Under the pieces are notes generated by a model. That model did no database searches, was not told the DNA's origin, and was given only the letters and a program-made list of their open reading frames with translations. This document shows positions 20,168 to 29,661 of a DNA stretch of 64,000 bases, one piece after another (the first letter of the stretch is position 1; each line of letters opens with the position of its first letter). The DNA lies in NCBI GenBank assembly GCA_020444175.1, contig JAHLLM010000006.1:4204-68203 (forward strand), given 5' to 3'. The position numbers and the translations under genes were made by a program. This DNA is from Desulfobulbaceae bacterium. Its GTDB lineage: Bacteria > Desulfobacterota > Desulfobulbia > Desulfobulbales > SURF-16.

Positions 20168-22425
20168 GCTGTCATCTCTCCCAGAACCGCGTGGTCCACT
20201 TCTATTGGATCTTCCCCCTCGCATAGAGGCATATCTGCGATTTCAAATGCCGCTTCGTTTATCATTTCAATGGCACCATCCAACATCAGCCCCAATTCGT
20301 CCACCAAACTCTCCAGTTCCTGGCGCGCCCAGGATGTTTGCTCTTTCAGCCGTTTTAGAAGTGTTGAATGTGCGTGATCCAATCCGGCAACAGTATCTCC
20401 AGTCTCAACTATTGTATGAACTGGGATTGTCTCTTCTTCCTCTGAGAAAATGTCACTAAGTAGCGTGGACACAGCAGCGGTCTCGGCCAAAGTACTTTGA
20501 ATCCTCTCCATATCCAGCGTGACTGCAGCCTGAGGCGGTTGCTGCTTCTGATGGGGGATTTTGTATCCTTGTGGTACGGTGCTGGCGGTACGTACTGTAA
20601 TAGGTTCAGAGGCAGCGGGAGAAGCTATGCTCATGGATGAATGGAGTTGGCTGTGAAGAGCCGTCTCGGGAAAGCCGAGCATATTGTACATTTTGTTCAA
20701 CACCTTGATTTCTTTAGGATCTACCTTCCCATCAGCGCAAGCTACCGAAACCAAGAAGCGACCTACCTCAATCCGCTGATGTTCGCCAATTCCCTCAAGT
20801 TTTTTCTTCACCCCCGCAAAACCAGGCTGAGCGACAAGAAGCCACTTAATATGAGCACGAAGTCTCACTCGCTCAGTAGAAGAAAGGTGAAGAGAAGACT
20901 CCAAATGCTCTTCCATGCGCTGCTTTTCTTCTTCGTCTATGTGACCGTCAGCGCCGGATACCATTGCAGCCAAGTGCAATACAAGCATTGCCGCTGAATA
21001 CTCTCGGCTGGGAGACGAGATTTTTTCCCCTTCCATGCGGAATAAGAGCACCTTGTCGCTTTCTGAAAGAGACTTGCCGCCAAATCGAACATCGGGTTCC
21101 AACCCATAATTCCACCGTTCAAGCAACTGCGCGAACTGCACGGTTTCTTTTTTTGTAAGTTTGCCGGGATTATTTGATGGCCAGAAGTGCAGCAGATCGG
21201 TAGCATCCAATATTGATTCATTGGATTCAGATAGCGTTCGCTGAAGTAACGCCTTCAACTCTCCAGCTTTGGCGCCTGATGTTTCCCCAGCCAATTCATC
21301 CGGCACGAGAGAAAGGGCTGCTAACGATCCTCTGGAATCTGGATTTCTCCCTAAATAACGGCTGTAGGCGTCAAGATCGTCACAGCAGGCGTAAGCAATT
21401 TCTAGAAATTTGTTCAATGGGCGAACTACCTTCGAGACATCCGGAAGGTCAAGTTCATGACTCCAGCCAGTCCCACTGAAGGAGCCACTTGCCGGACGAT
21501 AATCGAGAGTCAGGAGGCTTTTGTTGGGTTTTATCTTTATCCCTTCGCCATACTTTGCCTGATAGCGGATCTTGAACAGTTTTGCGAACTCTTCTGGGCA
21601 ACGTTGTGCTGGTGTCCTAAGTCTTGTCTCTGGGTGCATCTCCATCCAAGCGAAAGCCCAATCAGCCGGTATCGGCCTGCCATCTTTAACAATTTGCCCA
21701 AGGCCGGCTTTCAAGGCAAAGGGCAAATCCCATCCATGTTTTTCCAGGGGCAGCGGAGCACTATCGAGAGTTTGGGAGATATACTCGTTTGCTCGGCAAA
21801 ACGATAGAAAGTTTCCGGCGTAATTGCGGAAAGACCCTCTATTGCCATAAATGGAAAGCAGTCGTTCAACTTCGGAGAGGATCGCAGGTACGTTAGAGGC
21901 TGCACCTGGTGAGCGTTTAGCATCGGCAAGGACTCTTCGTTCAAGCCCGTAAAAATAGAGAAAGACGTATCCAATGTCCGCCTGGGGATCGGATTTTCCG
22001 TTAGCAAGCCAAGATAGATAGGCAGCGCGCGCATCCGGTGAGATGTTAGAGTAAGAAGGCCAGTAATCGGTAAGTCGCTCGCTGAGGTCGGGGCAATTGC
22101 TGGCAATTTTTAGTTGCGGATTTATCAGTGCAGGTTCAATGTTGTAGTTACTACTTACACTCGGCAAGTTTTTGCCGACATAGAGCATCCCTCCCGGAAT
22201 GACATACTGTTCAACCTTAACCTCTTGTCCAGGAGGCACCCAAAGATTGTCCGGATTAGCAGGGTTCTTTATTCCATCCCATGCTTTTTCGTCTGAATAT
22301 GAGACATGAATCTCAAAATCTTCTGCTGTGATTTTAGGTTTTTGCGAAGTCCCGGCAATGAACTTTATGATCTTGTAAATAATGTAAATGAACACTAAAA
22401 GCCAGAAGATATCGGCCATCTGCAA
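20164..22425 (-). CDS. sngA: Shango-type TerB-domain protein (N-terminal TM helix, TerB-N-like, TerB and TerB-C-like regions)
   Basis: 753-aa ORF with N-terminal TM segment IFWLLVFIYIIYKIIKFIAG. TerB-like helices carry acidic motifs (LAAMVSGADGHIDEEEKQRMEEHL, VACADGKVDPKEIKVLNKMY). Gene order TerB-ATPase-helicase. Confidence 0.8.
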   Translation of the reverse strand: MQMADIFWLLVFIYIIYKIIKFIAGTSQKPKITAEDFEIHVSYSDEKAWDGIKNPANPDNLWVPPGQEVKVEQYVIPGGMLYVGKNLPSVSSNYNIEPALINPQLKIASNCPDLSERLTDYWPSYSNISPDARAAYLSWLANGKSDPQADIGYVFLYFYGLERRVLADAKRSPGAASNVPAILSEVERLLSIYGNRGSFRNYAGNFLSFCRANEYISQTLDSAPLPLEKHGWDLPFALKAGLGQIVKDGRPIPADWAFAWMEMHPETRLRTPAQRCPEEFAKLFKIRYQAKYGEGIKIKPNKSLLTLDYRPASGSFSGTGWSHELDLPDVSKVVRPLNKFLEIAYACCDDLDAYSRYLGRNPDSRGSLAALSLVPDELAGETSGAKAGELKALLQRTLSESNESILDATDLLHFWPSNNPGKLTKKETVQFAQLLERWNYGLEPDVRFGGKSLSESDKVLLFRMEGEKISSPSREYSAAMLVLHLAAMVSGADGHIDEEEKQRMEEHLESSLHLSSTERVRLRAHIKWLLVAQPGFAGVKKKLEGIGEHQRIEVGRFLVSVACADGKVDPKEIKVLNKMYNMLGFPETALHSQLHSSMSIASPAASEPITVRTASTVPQGYKIPHQKQQPPQAAVTLDMERIQSTLAETAAVSTLLSDIFSEEEETIPVHTIVETGDTVAGLDHAHSTLLKRLKEQTSWARQELESLVDELGLMLDGAIEMINEAAFEIADMPLCEGEDPIEVDHAVLGEMTA

Positions 22426-22710
22426 TCCCTCAACAAACTAGTTTCATTGACATTTTTTTCACACCTAGGCGGAGTACGCAGTTAGTTCTAGAGGCCTAGT
22501 TTCGGTGTGATATTAACCCATGAGTATTTCCTTTAGAACAAGCTGTTCTCAAATTTCTTGGAAAGTTACTCCATCCTAACATTGTTGCCAATGAAAAATA
22601 AAGCATTCTTCGCATTTCTAACTTGATATCATTACTGTCGAGGGGGGGAGAGATACGCGGAAGATTAATAACATCATCAGAACCATTGCTAACTTACGTA
22701 ATCCGATAAT

Positions 22711-22800
22711 CTGTCAATTGTTACGTATACTCTGCGAGAAGGTAAAATTTGAACGTGGCAGGTGATTTCTGGAAATTGTCTGCCACTTATGTTTGAACTT
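22711..22800 (-). repeat. non-coding repeat F (inverted orientation), upstream of sngA
   Basis: The reverse complement reads ...tggcagacaatttccagaaatcacctgcca...tcgcagagtatacgtaacaattgacag. Its core tcgcagagtatacgtaacaat is identical to 48701-48721. Confidence 0.75.
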
Positions 22801-23431
22801 CAACCTGCCAACCTTAACCTGTCCGGTGCCTACCCAAACTTATAGACTGATTCGTTTATTGGTTTCCGAATGTGAGGATGAGGAAAAACATTTTGGTCTG
22901 AAAATTGGCTCCCTGCGGGTGATGATTATTGGTAGCCCCCCTTATGAAGATGAAGAGGGCCAGCGCTGTGAACAAGGAGGAGAATTTGTAATCTTCACCT
23001 CGTTGAAACTAAGTTTGGCCCTCAGAATATGCCCTTTCAGCTTGATTAATCAATCACCTGCTTTACTTTTCAAAATGAAAAGCAAAGAAAATCCTGACAA
23101 AAAAACTTGCATCATTGCACGCTAATGGAGTAGGAGAAAATATAAAGGAATTACTCCAAAAATCATTTTGGGGTACTCGACAACATCATGATTCCAATAC
23201 TATGCGTCGTTTCCTTTCTCCTCCGTAATTTATATTCTCTCCTTTACTTTTCTATTACGGGTGTAAAAGAATGAAATTTACCATCTTTAAAAGGGCAAAA
23301 GTGGCCCGTTGCAAGTCTTTTAAAAGATATTTAGCCGTTGCCTTGCTTATAGAGTTCCTATTTCTCGCCGTTTATACCCCTTATACGAGTTCTGCCTTAA
23401 ATATTGCGGAAAACTTAGCAAGCCATATGCA

Positions 23432-23683
23432 TTATTGGGTTCGGCTAAAAGAGGACCGTTTAATTGACTTTTTAAAGGGGACACCTTGTCTCCTTTCTGG
23501 AATATGTACAGAGGACTTACACCCTATAAAATCATGCCCATGCCGGGCACACACAAGAAAAATAATTCCCAAAGACTTCATCTTTAGAAATATCAATATT
23601 ACACCACACCAAATTACTAAAAAAACAACTGTGCTAATACCTGCGCCCTTGAGCTTTTTCTCAATATCTTTATCAATCTTCAT
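23432..23683 (-). CDS. possible small two-TM membrane protein
   Basis: 83-aa ORF 26 nt downstream of the Gly-rich ORF, with hydrophobic segments ISTVVFLVIWCGVILIFL and LGIIFLVCA. No clear SD. It competes with the overlapping plus-strand ORF 23271-23726. Confidence 0.3.
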   Translation of the reverse strand: MKIDKDIEKKLKGAGISTVVFLVIWCGVILIFLKMKSLGIIFLVCARHGHDFIGCKSSVHIPERRQGVPFKKSIKRSSFSRTQ

Positions 23684-23709
23684 AGATTATAAACTACAGC
23701 AAGGGTTAA

Positions 23710-23952
23710 TTAATCTTTACAAATGAGTGTGTCGAAGCATGTGATCGCTCCCCCTGCTTCTCCGCTACCTAAACCATACGCAATTTTAGACAGGCTCATC
23801 CCTGTTCCATCTGTTAATACTGCTCCACTTGCAGCAGCGCCGGAACCACCTTCGGCAAAAACACCAGTTGACTGTGTTGTGCCGGATTGAAGTGTCCCTG
23901 CTCCTGTGCTAAAACTTGGGCCTAAATTGCCATATTTTCCAATCCAGTGCAT
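23710..23952 (-). CDS. small Gly/Ser/Thr/Ala-rich protein with a C-terminal Cys pair (bacteriocin/microcin-like composition)
   Basis: GAGGT lies 8 nt upstream of the ATG. 80-aa product: ...GAGTLQSGTTQSTGVFAEGGSGAAASGAVLTDGTG...GLGSGEAGGAITCFDTLICKD. No competing ORF on the other strand. Confidence 0.4.
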   Translation of the reverse strand: MHWIGKYGNLGPSFSTGAGTLQSGTTQSTGVFAEGGSGAAASGAVLTDGTGMSLSKIAYGLGSGEAGGAITCFDTLICKD

Positions 23953-24256
23953 TTTCTTACCTCAATAAAAAATGCCGAAACTGATCCTACCCAACGACGG
24001 GCGGGGGCCTCACGGCTACCCCACAGTTTCGGCAAATTATATTTTCGGCAAAAAAAAAGAGCATTATTTAAGGCGGAGCTCAATAGCCGCCGTCGTTGTT
24101 AGGAATTTAAGGTTATATGAGTTTGTGGCATGGTGTCTAGGGGAAGGGGGAATGGAAAAAGGCAGCGCCAGGGCGATCAAGGAAGGAGCCCGTGATGTGT
24201 CACAAGTCACAAGGATTCCGAGGAAGGCATTTTAAAACCATAATAATGTTGTTGGG

Positions 24257-25720
24257 TTATTTGTTGGGGTGTTTCACTGCGGCGGCGAGTTCAAAAGCCT
24301 CCGGGTATCGCTGACAAGTATTTGGTGGGGAAGAGAATTTAAGTTCATGGCTAAATGACTTCGCTAGGCGTATTATTCCGCGTACAACTATTTGTTCTCG
24401 GGACCGGTTCTCTTCGTAAAAGCCAGCGGCTATTGAGCGATTAAGTCGTTCAGCAATATCTCTGTTGTTGAGAAGAATACATGCGGAACGATCTGTGTAG
24501 TCTCTGGCGAAGTAAACGGCACTATAAGCTGCCAAAAGTGGGGCTACAGTGTCGTCATCGATACTTCTTGTGTCTTGCAAGTGAAAGATAGCACAAGCTT
24601 TTTCGCAGTCGCATGAATTACTGTCATCAGAAAATGCACAGACTACGAGACCCGCCTGAGTGTTTCCAATTGTTCCCTTGTTGACCGCAATAACTGTAAT
24701 ATGGGGAAAATCGTAGGGTTGAGCTCTTAAGTCCAATGAGCCTAAAAGCATTGACCACGCGAAACCTAGTGAGATTGCCAAAGCGGCAATAAAGTAAGCC
24801 ATTTGAGCCCAACCAACAGGGCTAGCTAGAAAGTTTGCATTAATATTAGCCGGGAGAACAAGGATAGCCGCTCCCGCCAGGCCTAACAAGGTTACAGTGA
24901 GCCAAATTCCCATTGAGGGCATGAATCGACGACGATGTCGAAGGCTTGTAAATGCATTGGCTGCCCAGAGTGGTCCGACAAGCAAGAATGATACTGCCAC
25001 CGTAAAAGAGATTCCGAGTCCGTAACCTGTTCCTACGGGAGTGCGAGCACTTTGCAGGACCATAATGCCTCCCAGTATTGTGGCACTAAGAAATAAGACC
25101 CTTGAAACCGGAACGGAGGCATTTAACTGTGAGAGGCGGAAGAGTGGCACCAATGCACCAAAGAAGAGAAGCAAAGCAAGATAGAAGCAAGCTGATGACA
25201 AAGAATACAGAATTGCGGCAGACGTTAGGTCGACACGACCCTCAACGATGCTATATCCAAGTGTCGCAATAGTGAATGCGAAGAACGCAATTGAGTGCAT
25301 TGAGACGGAGATGTCTCGGATAAACTTAAGCCCCGGCATAAATGGGTGGTCTCGTTTACCAGAAGAAGAACGTCTTAGTTGAGGACTTTGGATGTCTTGA
25401 GCTGCACTGTGTAGCCAGTTTGTTCCCATGTCTGTGAACAAAAGCACGATGATGGTCACTGCGAATCCTGCGAATGTGCCTGAGGTCTGTGCGAGATTTG
25501 GAGCTACTTTTAGAAAGCCTAAATCGGATATTATTTGGATTTTTACCGACGCGATATCCTCAATTAGCATCCATGGAGGTTCATAAACCATCCAGCTTGC
25601 AAGGAAAGCGAGCCATAACGTAAGGCCTGCTATGCGAGTGAGGATTACTCTGGCTCCTGAGCCGCGTTTTAAGCGAACTCTGAGCAGCCACCATATATAG
25701 TCTACAATAGAAGCCTTCAT
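24257..25720 (-). CDS. polytopic membrane protein (about ten hydrophobic segments) with a ~110-aa soluble C-terminal domain, family unknown
   Basis: Start placed at ATG 25720-25718 (MKASIVDYIWW), which overlaps the TGA of the upstream gene (ATGA). The longer track ORF would overlap that gene by 200 nt. Confidence 0.65.
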   Translation of the reverse strand: MKASIVDYIWWLLRVRLKRGSGARVILTRIAGLTLWLAFLASWMVYEPPWMLIEDIASVKIQIISDLGFLKVAPNLAQTSGTFAGFAVTIIVLLFTDMGTNWLHSAAQDIQSPQLRRSSSGKRDHPFMPGLKFIRDISVSMHSIAFFAFTIATLGYSIVEGRVDLTSAAILYSLSSACFYLALLLFFGALVPLFRLSQLNASVPVSRVLFLSATILGGIMVLQSARTPVGTGYGLGISFTVAVSFLLVGPLWAANAFTSLRHRRRFMPSMGIWLTVTLLGLAGAAILVLPANINANFLASPVGWAQMAYFIAALAISLGFAWSMLLGSLDLRAQPYDFPHITVIAVNKGTIGNTQAGLVVCAFSDDSNSCDCEKACAIFHLQDTRSIDDDTVAPLLAAYSAVYFARDYTDRSACILLNNRDIAERLNRSIAAGFYEENRSREQIVVRGIIRLAKSFSHELKFSSPPNTCQRYPEAFELAAAVKHPNK

Positions 25721-26142
25721 TTGAAAACCAGCACCAAGATTGAAATGAGCGAAATGAGAGATTGGATAGCTATACCCGGAACTTTCTTGCAGACTCCGTG
25801 CGGGAAGCATGTCCAATGGCTTGGAAAGATCCGCCACCGTCGGTCGGTCGGAAGTAGAGCATTTAGCACATCTAAGTCCGGTGCCGCAGATACGATTCCA
25901 GCTACAATTATTTTCCAATCCAGCCCAATCATTGTGTGTGCCACAAGCAGTACCGAGGCGGAGAGGAGAACATCAGCCATTCCCCAGTACTCATCGTTCG
26001 GGTTGTGCGTGTAGTCCCAGTGGGGAACGAGATCAAGCAGGACGTGAAAAAGTAGGGACGCAGTAACAATCACCGTGTAGCTTTTGTTAAGAATGAGAGA
26101 TCCTAGTGCCATCCCTGTTAGAGTGTGAACTATCACCCACAT
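25717..26142 (-). CDS. membrane-bound metal-dependent hydrolase-like protein (YdjM/DUF457-like)
   Basis: 141-aa ORF with hydrophobic helices and His/Asp motifs (HTLTG, HVLLDLVPHWDY, APDLD) of the YdjM/YbcI type. Confidence 0.55.
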   Translation of the reverse strand: MWVIVHTLTGMALGSLILNKSYTVIVTASLLFHVLLDLVPHWDYTHNPNDEYWGMADVLLSASVLLVAHTMIGLDWKIIVAGIVSAAPDLDVLNALLPTDRRWRIFPSHWTCFPHGVCKKVPGIAIQSLISLISILVLVFK

Positions 26143-26449
26143 ATGACGTGTTCTTCTTGCTGCATAAATTTTCCCCCCATAGTTATTGGTATGCGCCTAG
26201 CACGACCTTGTCTGTCAGTTAAAGAGTAGAATAATGAGATTCTTTTTGCCGTTTTCTCAAAAAGGCATTTAAGAGTTGTAGAAGTATTTTTTTGGGGACC
26301 TGTGCTTTTTGTTTGTTATATGCAAGACATTTGTTGTTGTCAACTATTGTTTGCTAGGAAGAGATGGGGTATAATGCAGCAGACCAGTTAAACATTACCG
26401 TGGCACCACCTATTAAGTGAGTTTGATAGAGACAATTCAGGAGGGAAAT

Positions 26450-27142
26450 ATGCCATTAGATGATGGTTACGGAGTTTTGATCGGCACATTGCATTCTTTT
26501 GATAGAGATCCTCCTGATGACTATGGAAATTACTATCACGGATTCATAAAAATAAATACCCCTAATGGTATCTCTACTTGTGCAATTGATGTTGATACTC
26601 ATAGTGAATCTGTTGGCGTAGAATATAAAATTATTTCGCTATCGTCGAATGATGTTGCATTAATCTCATCTCTTGCTGATGGATACCATGAGCTTCAATC
26701 AGTACCGGGTACGGGGGCCATAGACTACTCTCGAAGCCCATACCTTCTTCCTAGAATCCCTAGCAACATAAAAAGACTTTTTAAAAATTTATTTATGGGG
26801 CATATCGTTCGATTGATCGAGTTTTTAATGTTGAAAAAAGGTTATGGCTGGACTAGCAACACAGGAGACAGAACTTTAGATGCTTTGGAAAATGTCATAA
26901 ATACTGGCACGGTAAGAAAGGTGTATGTATTTGGTGAACCATTTAACGATAATGGCAATTTGGGAGTCCACAACGTACATCAAAACCAAGGGGATCCTTT
27001 AAACTCACAGTGGGCATCCGCCAATGGGATATGGCAAGACGGCGCAACTATTTTTGAAAAAACTGATGGGTCTTTTACCGCTTTTATCAATAAATTCACA
27101 AGTCAAAGCTATATAACAGACAACGGCGGGAACCCTGTTTAG
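26450..27142 (+). CDS. DUF2278 (YukJ-like) family protein
   Basis: AGGAGG precedes ATG 26450. YGVLIGTL, YYHGFI, GAIDYSRSP, GVHNVHQNQGDP and NGIWQDGATIF resemble DUF2278 signatures. Confidence 0.65.
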   Translation: MPLDDGYGVLIGTLHSFDRDPPDDYGNYYHGFIKINTPNGISTCAIDVDTHSESVGVEYKIISLSSNDVALISSLADGYHELQSVPGTGAIDYSRSPYLLPRIPSNIKRLFKNLFMGHIVRLIEFLMLKKGYGWTSNTGDRTLDALENVINTGTVRKVYVFGEPFNDNGNLGVHNVHQNQGDPLNSQWASANGIWQDGATIFEKTDGSFTAFINKFTSQSYITDNGGNPV

Positions 27143-27250
27143 AGGGCAACAGTGCTTAAATTCACTTAAAGAGCCTGATGAAATCACATAAATTTCATTG
27201 TTAGAATGTTGATGAGATGTGATTTGCTAGCAAATTTATAGGAGGGAGTC

Positions 27251-28588
27251 ATGAAAAAGAGGTGGGGGCCTATAATAGTGTTTTTTTCGATTGTCGTGTG
27301 CCTTATTGCAAGTGGGATCTCAAACGCTGAAGATCGAAGGACGAACCCTGACAATCTGACGATAATGACCCTTAACGCCCAATTCCTTTGGGACGGAGTG
27401 GAGCCCGAGGAAGGCCGGGTTGATTTCCCTTGGAAGAACTCAAAAACTGAAGCCGAAGAGCACATGTCGGAAATCGCCAATATAATAATTCGCAATAATC
27501 CAGATATTGTTAATTTAGTAGAAGTGGAAAACGAAGAAGCACTTAATGCCTTGAATAATGGATTTCTTAACGGCCGTGGCTATGTCCCTTATTTCATCCA
27601 AGGTAGGGATTCATACACCGGAGAGGACGTGGCCCTATTAACAAGAATAGATCCTGAGAGCGGAACCATTGCGCGGGATGATCGAAAAGGTAAAAGCGGC
27701 GAAATAGAAAAATCAGTCTCTAAAAACTATTTCGCCAAGTTTGATTTCAATGGGATCAAGGTTGGCGTAATTGGGCTTCATTTTCTGGCATACCCCAACA
27801 GAGAAGACAGGATAAATAAAAGGGAGGCGCAAGCAGATGCTATCCGGTCCCTTGCTGTGGAGCTACATGGACAAGGGTATCAAATTGTTGTTTTGGGTGA
27901 TTTTAATGACTATGACGCTGATGAGCTCAGCCGGGATCATATAGATAGCATGCCAATAACCAACGTGCTGAAAAATATCAAAGAAATGAGTTCTTCCACC
28001 TTCGATGATAATTTGGTTAATGCCGCACAATATGTCCCCAAGGCCACTAGACACACTGCTTTTTATGACGAAAACCGCAACGGATACGTTAATCCGCCTA
28101 ATGAGTTTACTTCAATTGACCACGTTTTACTTTCCCGTGAATTGGCCGAAAGCATAGAAAGTGTTGCAATTCCCCATAATCATGATCCCAGGGAGGTGAC
28201 TGACCATTTCCCTGTTGTTGTTCGGCTAGAAATCTCCTCCAACTCTTCAGGAGGTGGCACTTCGGGTCTTATCAAAATCACTAGCCTCATCCCTAATCCG
28301 GACGGCGATGAAAATCAGAATGAAAAAGCATCTCTCAAAAATACAGGAAGCACTGCTATTAATATGGCAGGCTGGAAACTCCGTGATCTAGTAGGAACGC
28401 ATTGGGCTTTGGATTCTCTTGGTACTGTTAACCCCGGGCAAGAGGTGACGATCCTGAGGCATGGTCAGTCGATGGCCATGAACAACGGAGGTGATACTAT
28501 TGACTTGGTCGCTCCAAATGGGCGCGTTATTCAGTCGGTTTCGTATTCACGCGTAGAAGAGGAGGAGGTTGTTTTTCCAGCAGATTGA
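27251..28588 (+). CDS. secreted EEP-family nuclease/phosphatase with a C-terminal lamin-tail (LTD) domain
   Basis: Signal-like MKKRWGPIIVFFSIVVCLIASGISNA. EEP signatures are IMTLNAQFLW, NLVEVEN, VLGDFND, IDHVLLS and VTDHFPV. The C-terminal ITSLIPNPDGDENQNEKASLKNTGSTAINMAGWKLRD is LTD-like. Confidence 0.8.
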   Translation: MKKRWGPIIVFFSIVVCLIASGISNAEDRRTNPDNLTIMTLNAQFLWDGVEPEEGRVDFPWKNSKTEAEEHMSEIANIIIRNNPDIVNLVEVENEEALNALNNGFLNGRGYVPYFIQGRDSYTGEDVALLTRIDPESGTIARDDRKGKSGEIEKSVSKNYFAKFDFNGIKVGVIGLHFLAYPNREDRINKREAQADAIRSLAVELHGQGYQIVVLGDFNDYDADELSRDHIDSMPITNVLKNIKEMSSSTFDDNLVNAAQYVPKATRHTAFYDENRNGYVNPPNEFTSIDHVLLSRELAESIESVAIPHNHDPREVTDHFPVVVRLEISSNSSGGGTSGLIKITSLIPNPDGDENQNEKASLKNTGSTAINMAGWKLRDLVGTHWALDSLGTVNPGQEVTILRHGQSMAMNNGGDTIDLVAPNGRVIQSVSYSRVEEEEVVFPAD

Positions 28589-28872
28589 TGTTTAGGCAGG
28601 TTTGCATTCAGTCGGTAGGGATACAAAATATATCCTCACCCAGAAATTTACAACGAACAACTTTAGTAAAATTGAAACAAAAGAAAAGGGAATTGGTCAT
28701 AATTGTCTAATCTAATCCCTTGCTCATTCACAAAGCTTCTTTATGACTTATGTTCTTGGCTCCAGGGGCCGAATACTTATAAATATTTTCAACAAGTTTC
28801 AATCAACTTACCACATATTTACCAGGCCATGTTTCCGATCATGTTTCACGGATAGTTTATAAGTTGATAAGT

Positions 28873-29640
28873 TTAATTTGAAATATTTAGAAAACCACTA
28901 AGTTGTTCATGAGTCACAACAAAACGGTCGTCTGTAACTTGATTTAGCCTCCTCGCTCCACCTGGCAATAATTTCCCCCCACGAGTTGAGAATGAAACAT
29001 TCACAATTCGTTTTCCACTATCTTTTAAATGTTTTACTGCTGGAACATAATCCTGATCTCCAGATACAATGATTGCTATGTCATAAATTTCTTGTAGCAT
29101 GATCATATCAACAGCCAATTTTACATCAACAGCCTTTTCATTTCCAAGTTCTTGAGTAAACAGATTATACCGAATAGCTCCTTCTCGCCTAAATTCAATA
29201 GCCGAGTGATTTATACCGATTGACGCTTGAACCTCAGCCCATCCTCGTGCACGAGCAAGCATACGAGATTTTCTATGATTAAGTATTTCGCTATATTCAC
29301 GCAATTTAATTAACAGCGCTTCTGGGTCGCTATTCAACGAGACAATTTCATCCGCCCAATCTTGATTTCTTTTAAAAAGCCGTGATGCCGTATCTTTTTC
29401 ACGGTCAACATTTGGTATTCTATATGGCCAACAATCGATATGTTCTATGACATACCAATAAGTCCTAACTCGTTCGCATTCATCGCATCCACAGGCAATC
29501 TCCCCAACTAACCAATTAAAAAAATCACCCCACTTCGCATCTTTGGGGAGATAATCTGATTTATCGAAATTGTTGAAAAGGTCCGTGATGGCATGCCTAA
29601 AATTTTCTCCATCAACAAAAACGCAGCATCTTTTATACAT
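28873..29640 (-). CDS. NYN-domain (LabA/DUF88-like) protein
   Basis: Start placed at MYKRCCVFVDGENFRH (ATG 29640-29638). Other motifs are AVDVKLAVDM and IIVSGDQDYVPAVKHL. The ORF-track extension reads through the homopolymer tract and is unlikely. Confidence 0.8.
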   Translation of the reverse strand: MYKRCCVFVDGENFRHAITDLFNNFDKSDYLPKDAKWGDFFNWLVGEIACGCDECERVRTYWYVIEHIDCWPYRIPNVDREKDTASRLFKRNQDWADEIVSLNSDPEALLIKLREYSEILNHRKSRMLARARGWAEVQASIGINHSAIEFRREGAIRYNLFTQELGNEKAVDVKLAVDMIMLQEIYDIAIIVSGDQDYVPAVKHLKDSGKRIVNVSFSTRGGKLLPGGARRLNQVTDDRFVVTHEQLSGFLNISN

Positions 29641-29646
29641 TTCTGT

Positions 29647-29661
29647 CCCCCCCCCCCCCCC
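29647..29661. repeat. C15 (G15 on the coding strand) homopolymer 6 nt upstream of the NYN start codon
   Basis: Direct count gives c at 29647-29661, followed by a9 at 29662-29670. Confidence 0.95.

Noticed and set aside
22793-23125. 110-aa plus-strand ORF in the region upstream of sngA.
   Set aside because: It has a non-ATG start, no SD and no recognisable family. It overlaps repeat F and the likely Shango promoter region. It is left unannotated rather than disproved.
24257-25918. 553-aa version of the membrane protein, and 457-aa version of sngB (18851-20224).
   Set aside because: Both extensions overlap the upstream gene by 200 and 61 nt respectively. In each case an internal ATG forms an ATGA overlap with the upstream stop codon.
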